The translations under genes and the position numbers were made by a program. 64,000 bases of DNA. It comes from Eledone cirrhosa (Eukaryota). The notes under the pieces are model-generated. The model worked only from the letters and a program-made list of their open reading frames with translations. It made no database searches and was not told where the DNA came from. Shown here one piece after another: positions 58,901-64,000 of the stretch; within the stretch, counting starts at the first letter, position 1, and every line of letters begins with the position of its first letter. The stretch spans positions 19,716,001 through 19,780,000 of the forward strand of contig OZ024749.1 in NCBI GenBank assembly GCA_964016885.1, written 5' to 3'.

Positions 58901-61132
58901 ACACCACACAATGTAACATCATTTCACAGTACTGTATCACACCACACCATATCACATCATGTCACACCACACAATGTAACATCTTTTCACAGTACTGTGT
59001 CACACCATGTCTCACCACTGTGTTACACCACTCAATGTCACCTGTCACATTCCTCCACACCACACCATGTCTCACCACTGTGTCACTACACGTCACACCC
59101 CTCAGTAACTCACTCTCTCTGTTTATAGGTCGAAGCCGTTAGATTATCTTGCTATCCTATTCTTACATGAAGGTGCTGGGAGTATTCTTTCTTATTTGAA
59201 GAAACGGTAAGTCACTTTGTTTTTTTTTTATTGTTTTCTTTTGATGCTTTTTAAAAAATATATATATATATCATCATCATCATCCACATAATGCTGTCTC
59301 TTGTACCTTCACTACTTAAAGTTTCACTCTATAGATGTTTCATTAAGTAATCTATACATTTGTTGAGCAGAGGTCCCCAACCACCGGGCTGCTGACCGGT
59401 ACCGGTCCGTGGATCATTTGCTACTGGGCCGCAAAGAAATAATTAACTTGTTTAAAATTATATAATAGATAAATTGAATATTGGACTTTAATTTAAAAAA
59501 GATTTGTTTAAATATTCAATATTCATCTACTTTAATAATTTGTTATTTTTATTATTACTCTCTTTATTAAAATGCACATAAAGATTGTCTGGCATGAAGC
59601 CGGTCCATGGTATAAAAAAGTTTGGAGACCACTGTTGTAAAGCATAATTTTCAATGTATACACAGGGCAGACATGGATTCCGTGAGCCATAAGGAAGGCA
59701 GCTCGTCTAGGAAGGCAGTGACACTGATTAAAATCTGATATAGAATGGAGAGGACTCTTGAGTCCAGTAAGACAACTTCTTAAGTGCTGCTGGCACAAAT
59801 AATGCATCCAGTCCATGCTGTAAAATGTCTTCTGTCCCCTAACCCATAATTTATTCAGTTTTATGTGACATTGAATACACAACACTTTCCGCTGGGATGA
59901 GATGCTAGTCTGTTGCAGGGCTATGCTCCAGCTTCTGTTGCTATTTATTTTCAGCTGAGTAAACCTCTGGGTGTAATGTGAAATAAAACATTTTTCTCAT
60001 TCAGCCTGGGTATCAAACCCTCAACCTTATGATCATAAGCTACACACACTAGCCATGAGGCAACATGACTTCAGAACACTTATTTGATTTAATGCATATA
60101 TAAATGCAAAAACTCGCCACTAGAACAGCTGTTAAACAGCTAAATGATTTCAAAGACAGCGATGGGCAAAAATGTCTCAGATAACTGGCCAGTGGTCAAC
60201 AGAGAGACAATCCACAAGGTGGGCGACAAACAGGCGAAATATAGAAAACTTTGAAAGAGGAGGTGGATCAATCAAATACACTCTTGCTTCGTCTCAATCA
60301 GAGACAACATTGTTTTAACTTATTAGATATTTTACCCCTTTAGTATTTTCATTACTCTATATTTACTATTGTATTTTCGTAGTAAAGGTTTTATCTCACA
60401 TAATTATTTCACATAATATCGAATCTATGAGATTTTGATATTATTTATTTTGAGAACAAAACCTTAACGTCAGTATGAGTGGCTGCTTATGGTTGGTGTG
60501 AGAATTCTGGCCAGATATAGCCGGTTTAAATGCTAAAGGGTTAATTTGAACACAGGTGATACAGAAGCCTCACAGTGCTCTTCAAAATTCGCAATAACTC
60601 TCTTGAAAAGGGATATATTATCCGAAATATATCAGGAATGATAAAGTAACAATCTCTCATTTCTCATTTTCCTTCCCACTTGGTCATTCTTTCACATATC
60701 TTCATCTGTCTTACCTGACTTTGTTCCCTCAATATTTACAACCCCATCTGAATTATAGCAGCTTCCTGAACATGCCCACATTTTAACTCTTTAGCATTCA
60801 CATTATTTTATATATACTATTATATTTTAATGGTAAAGGCTTTACCTCACATAATATCGAATCTATGAGATTTTGAAAGTATTTATTTTGAGAACAATAC
60901 CTTAACATCAGTTTGAGCAACCTGTTACAGCCAGTTTCAACAGAAAGAGGTAGAGAATTCTGGCCGGTTTGAACACTGAAGGGTTAAATAAAACTTATCA
61001 ATCTTTTTTAGGATGTGGGCCCTGCACATTGAAGGGGGAAATGCTACAAGTGGGTTTGAGTTCAACTCTGTGTGGTCGTGTTTCTACATTGACATATTTC
61101 TCACCGATTCAGGAGTTAACCACATTTACGAG
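49831..61132 (+). CDS. NRDC: Nardilysin-like M16A metallopeptidase, internal 9-exon fragment (gene incomplete at both ends)
   Basis: Spliced translation: TVFYFNVQRKYFEKSLDIFAQFFISPLMREDSVNREIKAVDSEFEEGVPDDDNRAARLLANLCTLGHPIGNFIEGNFISLYTDPLKSNIDVYSRLKKFHKKMYSAHFMTLAVQSKETLDVLEEWVKEIFSHIPNNKEAKPTFTSEPCPFDTPEFAKFYRVVSVKDTHKVSLNWALTPLQKHYQSKPLDYLAILFLHEGAGSILSYLKKRMWALHIEGGNATSGFEFNSVWSCFYIDIFLTDSGVNHIYE. Collinear with nardilysin as I recall it (VQRKYF, AQFFI.PLM, AVDSE, MTL.VQSKETLD, PFDTP.F, WAL...GGN..GFE.NS). All introns GT-AG with matching phases. Confidence 0.92.
49969..50563. repeat. (GGT)n low-complexity tract plus ~35-45-bp GT-rich minisatellite (GGTGGTGTGGTGTAGTATTGTGGGTGATACTGGA)
   Basis: About 11 units from ~50123 to 50563; source of the spurious His/Thr/Pro-rich minus-strand ORFs. 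Confidence 0.9.
50043..50094 (+). repeat. Intronic copy of the 3' end of exon A
   Basis: 50043-50087 equals 49909-49953 with one substitution; the following donor GTGAGT is replaced by GTGGTC. Confidence 0.9.
50648..50930 (+). repeat. 130-bp-period tandem duplication spanning the exon B acceptor
   Basis: TGTACTACATAG...TTTTATCCAG|AATTTGAGGAAGGAGTCCCAG starts at 50648 and again at 50778. Confidence 0.92.
50867..50962 (+). CDS. NRDC: Nardilysin-like exon B (96 nt), EFEEGVPDDD...GHPIGNFIE
   Basis: Acceptor ttttatccag|AAT; donor GAAG|gtaagt. Completes the AVDSE Glu codon (G|AA), the position of the third zinc ligand in M16A enzymes. Confidence 0.92.
50973..51157. repeat. (CTA)/(CTG) trinucleotide microsatellite
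   Basis: Directly visible, starting ~10 nt after the exon B donor. Confidence 0.95.
51313..51529 (+). mobile_element. Same MITE family, copy 3
   Basis: ttaa|CTCTTTAGCATTTA...TAAATGCTAAAGGG|ttaa; clear TIR and TTAA duplication. Confidence 0.85.
52063..52468 (+). mobile_element. tRNA-derived CORE-type SINE with duplicated 3' segment, flanked by a 7-bp TSD (CATAATT)
   Basis: A-box-like TATAAGTGGT, B-box GGTTCAATTCC, CORE-like TTCTTGAACTAAACACTTCATTTCAC. ~122-bp segment starting CTGCGATG at 52224 and 52346. CATAATT at 52056-52062 and 52469-52475. Confidence 0.78.
52476..53061 (+). repeat. 8 x 74-bp tandem array containing the branch point, acceptor and first ~29 nt of exon C (a ninth diverged copy lies at 51991-52062)
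   Basis: TTGTAG ends at 52514, 52588, 52662, 52736, 52810, 52884, 52958 and 53032 (exact 74-bp spacing); only the last copy continues into coding sequence. Confidence 0.95.
53033..53155 (+). CDS. NRDC: Nardilysin-like exon C (123 nt), GNFISLYTDP...MTLAVQSK
   Basis: Acceptor tttggttgtag|GTAATT with branch-like CTAAC at 53007-53011; donor AAAG|gtaagt; phase 1 to 1. Confidence 0.92.
53190..53665. repeat. Degenerate AT-rich tandem repeat after the exon C donor
   Basis: Recurrent TAGTGTACCATATATTTTGAATTG, GGGTGACATATCA and TGTATAAGTC motifs, 4-5 irregular units. Confidence 0.65.
54077..54309. repeat. 16-bp minisatellite (AGATGTAAGCTCCGAC), ~14 copies
   Basis: Directly visible; ends ~50 nt before the exon D acceptor. 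Confidence 0.92.
54363..54420 (+). CDS. NRDC: Nardilysin-like exon D (58 nt), ETLDVLEEWVKEIFSHIPN
   Basis: Acceptor ggttttcag|AAA; donor ATAA|gtaagg; phase 1 to 2. Confidence 0.92.
54586..55061 (-). repeat. ~119-bp tandem repeat (4 copies) derived from a SINE internal segment
   Basis: Units start AACC(AC)TTT at ~54614, 54734, 54853 and 54972; preceded by TTCTACAGCTGGATGCCCTTC, also present in the SINE at ~57556. Confidence 0.75.
55164..55197 (+). CDS. NRDC: Nardilysin-like exon E (34 nt), NKEAKPTFTSEP
   Basis: Acceptor cctgttttttcag|C; donor CCA|gtaagg; phase 2 to 0, exactly the phases needed to bridge exons D and F. Confidence 0.82.
55254..55900. repeat. (TGTTG)-type low-complexity tract followed by a 19-bp minisatellite (ACCCTGTTGTGTGTATATA)
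   Basis: Directly visible; 19-bp units from ~55638 to 55900. Confidence 0.88.
56134..56539 (+). mobile_element. Same MITE family, copy 4, split by a SINE fragment
   Basis: ttaa|CCCTTTACCATT... left half to ~56259; right half resumes ~56460 and ends AATGCCAAAGGG. Confidence 0.8.
56260..56459 (+). mobile_element. 5'-truncated SINE with (GAT)n tail nested in MITE copy 4
   Basis: AAAAGCACCC...GGTGTTAGGAAGGGCATCCAGCTGTAGAAA...GATGATGATGAT; matches the reverse complement of 57483-57690. Confidence 0.75.
56775..56814 (+). CDS. NRDC: Nardilysin-like exon F (40 nt), CPFDTPEFAKFYR
   Basis: Long polypyrimidine tract then ccag|TGT; donor CGAG|gtaact; PFDTP.F.K.YR is nardilysin-like. Confidence 0.9.
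56838..57120. repeat. Compound (CA)/(TA) microsatellite
   Basis: Directly visible. Confidence 0.95.
57483..57877 (-). mobile_element. Near full-length tRNA/CORE-type SINE with (GAT)n tail
   Basis: Minus strand reads GGAGGTACATGGCTTAGTGGTTAAAGCATTGG (A box)...GAGTTCAATTCTC (B box)...CORE-like block...GGAAGGGCATCCAGCTGTAGAAA...(GAT)n; head highly similar to 63810-64000. Confidence 0.82.
58275..58344 (+). CDS. NRDC: Nardilysin-like exon G (70 nt), VVSVKDTHKVSLNWALTPLQKHY
   Basis: Acceptor catttcag|TT; donor ACCA|gtgagt; phase 1 to 2. Confidence 0.9.
58326..58782 (+). repeat. 8 x ~54-62-bp tandem array containing the last ~19 nt of exon G and its donor site
   Basis: Donor-like GT at 58345 (real), 58407, 58461, 58519, 58573, 58631, 58688 and 58750; length varies in a (TGTC)n run. 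Confidence 0.95.
58820..59105. repeat. CA-rich degenerate repeat (TGTCACACCAC motif) before the exon H acceptor
   Basis: Recurrent TGTCAC/CACCAC blocks with internal duplications. Confidence 0.75.
59129..59206 (+). CDS. NRDC: Nardilysin-like exon H (78 nt), QSKPLDYLAILFLHEGAGSILSYLKK
   Basis: Acceptor ctgtttatag|G; donor AACG|gtaagt; carries the M16A HEG.GS motif. Confidence 0.92.
59368..59634 (+). mobile_element. hAT (Charlie-like) non-autonomous element
   Basis: TIRs CAGAGGTCCCCAA...TTGGAGACCACTG; flanking 8-mers TTGTTGAG and TTGTAAAG (6/8 identical), consistent with a decayed 8-bp TSD. Confidence 0.78.
59890..60065 (-). mobile_element. Decayed tRNA/CORE-type SINE fragment
   Basis: CAGCTGAGTAAAC...ATGTGAAATAAA and AACCCTCAACCTT resemble 57746-57835; boundaries uncertain. 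Confidence 0.55.
60336..60540 (+). mobile_element. Same MITE family, copy 5
   Basis: CCCTTTAGTATT...AATGCTAAAGGG|ttaa with shared internal sequence. Confidence 0.8.
60787..60983 (+). mobile_element. Same MITE family, copy 6
   Basis: ttaa|CTCTTTAGCATT...ACACTGAAGGG|ttaa; shares the shortened right end (GGCCGGTTTGAACA) with copy 1. Confidence 0.82.
61012..61132 (+). CDS. NRDC: Nardilysin-like exon I (121 nt), RMWALHIEGGN...LTDSGVNHIYE
   Basis: Acceptor tcttttttag|G; donor CGAG|gtgagt; phase 2 to 0. Confidence 0.92.
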
Positions 61133-61136
61133 GTGA

Positions 61137-61164
61137 GTGATGTGTGTCACAGCTTGTAACTGTA

Positions 61165-61213
<49 letters not shown>

Positions 61214-62517
61214 AAGTTGTGTTGCAGGTTGTAACTGTAGTGTGTGTATATATGTGTGTGTGTGTGAAGATATGTTTTGCAGGTTGTAACTGTAGTGTGT
61301 ATATATACGTATATATGTGTGTGTGTGAAGATGTGTCACAGCTTGTAACTAATGTGTGTATATTCATGTGTGTGTGTGTATTGCAGGTTGTAACTGTAGT
61401 GTGTATGTATATATATATGTATATATATATATATATATATAGCAAAAAATTGAACGGGAACAAAACAGAGGCAGTACGAACAAAGGTTTATTAGTTTCAC
61501 GCTCTTGAGAGTGGGGGGGGGGGGGACGTTTCGGGCATAAGCCTTTCTTCAGGTGAAAAGTGTGTGGGAAGAGAGTTCCAAGGGTGTGTAGGGGAGTGGT
61601 GGAGAGACATAGAAAAAAGGGGGTGAGAGGAAACGGTACAAATGAAATTAAATATAAAAGCATGATAAAAATAAACATAAAGTAAAACAGGAGGTGGAAG
61701 GGTGTGGGGCGTGTAGGGGTGGTGGAGTGGGGAGAGGGAGGCGGAGTGTCCGAGTGGGGAGGGCTGAAGGTGGTGTGTGTGTGTAGGTGTATGTGTGTGC
61801 GTGTGTATGTGAAAGTAAGAGTTGGGGGAAGAACGGGGTTGCATGTTCAGGAAGAGGTGTGTGTGGAGTGGGGTGTAGGTCGGAGTGTATGTGTGGATGG
61901 GGAGGGGTGGGGGGGAGAGGATTCCGGAGGCTGAGTGTGTAAATATGTGGTGGTACGCACGTGTGTGTGTGTGTGGTGTTTATGCGTGTTGTGGATGTAG
62001 GTGGCGTGGGGGAAAAAAAATTTTTTGAGTGTATGTCAGTGTGTGAGTCCTTAAGGTAGTTCCGTAGAGGATGTGGTGGAATGCTGGGTAATACCCTTGG
62101 GATGTGGTGGATTCTAGGGATCAATGTTCACATATGTGTAATCCGTGAAGAGATTGGTCGGAAGAGGGGAGATGTGGGGTGTGCGCGCAACAGGGAGTGG
62201 TCAGAGGGTCAAGGCAGGAGGAGGGTTGTGTGTCTGTGTGTGCGGGGAGGTGGTCAGAGATAAGGGCATAGCAGCAGTCGGGTAGAATGGTAAGTGAAGA
62301 AAGTCGGTGTGTTAGTGTGTGCGGAGGTGCGGTTGACAGGGGAGAGGATGGGTAGGTGTGAAAGTTGGAGTGAGGAGGGGGTGTGTGTGTATTAGTAGAG
62401 ATGTTAGTGGGATGTGTGTGTGTGTGATATGAGGTTGTAACTAGTAAATGTGTATGTACGTATGTGTATATATGTGTGTGTTGATATGAGGTTGTAACTA
62501 GTAAATGTGTATGTACG

Positions 62518-62548
<31 letters not shown>

Positions 62549-62566
62549 CAAATTGTAACTAATGTG

Positions 62567-62603
<37 letters not shown>

Positions 62604-62650
62604 ATATATAAATTCACAGGTTGTAACTGTATTCTATATATATATATATA
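61137..62650. repeat. GGTTGTAACT + (TG)/(TA) compound repeat after the exon I donor, interrupted at ~61441-62410 by a G-rich insertion
   Basis: TTGTAACT units at 61155-61395 resume at 62434-62629. Confidence 0.75.
61441..62410 (-). mobile_element. Putative Penelope-like retroelement 3' remnant
   Basis: Minus strand: C-rich tract, then CCTGAAGAAAGGCTTATGCCCGAAACGTC (hammerhead-core-like), then AATAAA, ending in (TA)n. No RT or GIY-YIG coding sequence recognised. Confidence 0.5.
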
Positions 62651-62856
62651 TATTATTCAAAATATTAATAAATAAAAAATATTTTCATAATCAAAATATA
62701 TATTTTATTATACATATTTCAAAGGTACAATGGTGTTTAAGTACATTTTCATCAGATAAAATATATGAGAGATTGGATATGCGACATACCACTAGGGTTT
62801 TGATTATTCAATTCCAATTGTATTCGTTGAATAATCAACGAATCATATAAACTTTG

Positions 62857-62908
<52 letters not shown>

Positions 62909-63308
62909 GGTGTTGGATGCTTAAAGCGTCCGTATGCGGTAGGCCGTATGAGCACTCGATGCCCTTGTAGAGCAGAGTATGATATCACAGAAAAAAGAGA
63001 ATCAGTGTTGCGACGAAAGGAATTTATTGGACATATTACAATTGTTTCTCGGGCGACCAGCTCAATGCACGATCGATATGGTGATCAAACCTGACTCTGA
63101 AATCGCGCGGTCTTTGGATACGTCTCGATTCTACGAAGCAGATTTTCCTATTCCTATAGATCCCGTTAAGGGTGAAAGCAGCGATTCTTTGCTTAAACTT
63201 TAAACTGTTATTTTAATAAATATTTGCTCTAGGGTTCTTATATATTTGATATATATTTATCCTTATCGAGCCCTCTTTGGATTTTAGTCTTCAAATTTAT
63301 TATTATTG

Positions 63309-63339
<31 letters not shown>

Positions 63340-63343
<4 letters not shown>

Positions 63344-63470
63344 AAAAGGTATGACCCCGACGGCAGAGCTCAAGCCGTTTTGACGGCTATTTCTGGACTA
63401 AATAGAATTTAGTCCAGAAATAACCGTCGAAACGGCTTGAGCTCTGACATCGGGGTCATACCTTTTCCTA
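63340..63470. repeat. Near-perfect inverted repeat: 64-bp arms, 3-nt loop, 4 mismatches
   Basis: 63340-63403 is the reverse complement of 63407-63470. Confidence 0.95.
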
Positions 63471-63547
63471 TTACCCACTCTACTACGCTAAGTATTGAGT
63501 ACTCTGGTGCGTTATGGTCCATCTGGTTCCTTACCACAATTCCTTGG

Positions 63548-63606
<59 letters not shown>

Positions 63607-63809
63607 CATACAATAATATTAAATAAATGGAAACTATATTTATAAAACCATATTTATTCTATTATATATATTTCAAGGGTACCAAGACATTGGTACAGAT
63701 AAAATACAAAGTGTTTTATAAATTTTGAGATATCCAAGGAAACATACCTTATCAGTTGAATTTTCATTGGATATATAAATTTATATATATCCAACGAAAT
63801 ATATCCAAT

Positions 63810-64000
63810 GGAGGCACATGGCTTAGTGGTTAGAGCATTGGCCTTGCAATCGAAAGGTTGTGAGTTCAATTCTCAGACCGGGTGATGTGTTGTTTCCTTG
63901 AGCAAGGTACTTTATTTCACATTGCTCCAGTTTACTCAGCTGTAGAAATGAGATGATAGGGACTGGGGTCCCTATCATTCCACTGCAAAGTGGTCGTGTA
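63810..64000 (+). mobile_element. tRNA/CORE-type SINE, 5' part, truncated by the window end
   Basis: GGAGGCACATGGCTTAGTGGTTAGAGC (A box), GAGTTCAATTCTC (B box), CCTTGAGCAAGGTACTTTATTTCAC (CORE-like); same family as 57483-57877, opposite orientation. Confidence 0.85.

Noticed and set aside
49831-61132. Insulin-degrading enzyme (IDE) as the product
   Set aside because: Same family, but VQRKYF, MTL.VQSKETLD, PFDTP.F and WAL...GGN..GFE.NS fit nardilysin better by my recall; a phylogeny would confirm.
49831-61132. Pseudogene call
   Set aside because: No stops or frameshifts across nine exons and all splice sites are canonical, although completeness outside the window is unverified.
61109-63869. 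Further nardilysin exons or transposon ORFs after exon I
   Set aside because: No peptide resembling the expected continuation, RT, transposase or endonuclease was recognised; the ORFs are low-complexity or short.
63810-63885. tRNA gene (also 57800-57877 and 52063-52125)
   Set aside because: A/B boxes are present but run into CORE-like SINE bodies, and I cannot fold a full cloverleaf with an acceptor stem.

Overview
Eukaryotic (animal) genomic DNA. The SINE/MITE content and microsatellite style suggest a coleoid cephalopod (octopus-like), which is an inference only. Bases 1-~48,620 are one uninterrupted satellite of a 32-bp monomer (TATCTATACACTGTTAATGACTGTATTTACAC, ~1,500 copies, left end outside the window) with nested higher-order duplications. 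Its degenerate edge runs to within ~20 nt of a splice acceptor at 49,830. From 49,831 to 61,132 on the + strand I can splice nine GT-AG exons (747 nt, 249 codons, all phases compatible, no stops) encoding an internal part of a nardilysin-like M16A zinc metallopeptidase. The HXXEH exon and the C-terminal half lie outside the window, so the satellite most likely sits inside a >49.8-kb intron. The introns hold six piggyBac-type (TTAA) MITEs, tRNA/CORE-type SINEs, a hAT MITE, Penelope-like remnants and many minisatellites. The most unusual observation is that the gene's own splice junctions have been tandemly copied at four exons. One case is an 8-copy 74-bp array in which each unit reads as a complete GT...CTAAC...AG mini-intron stacked in front of an exon. 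No ORF in the supplied track is a real stand-alone gene.
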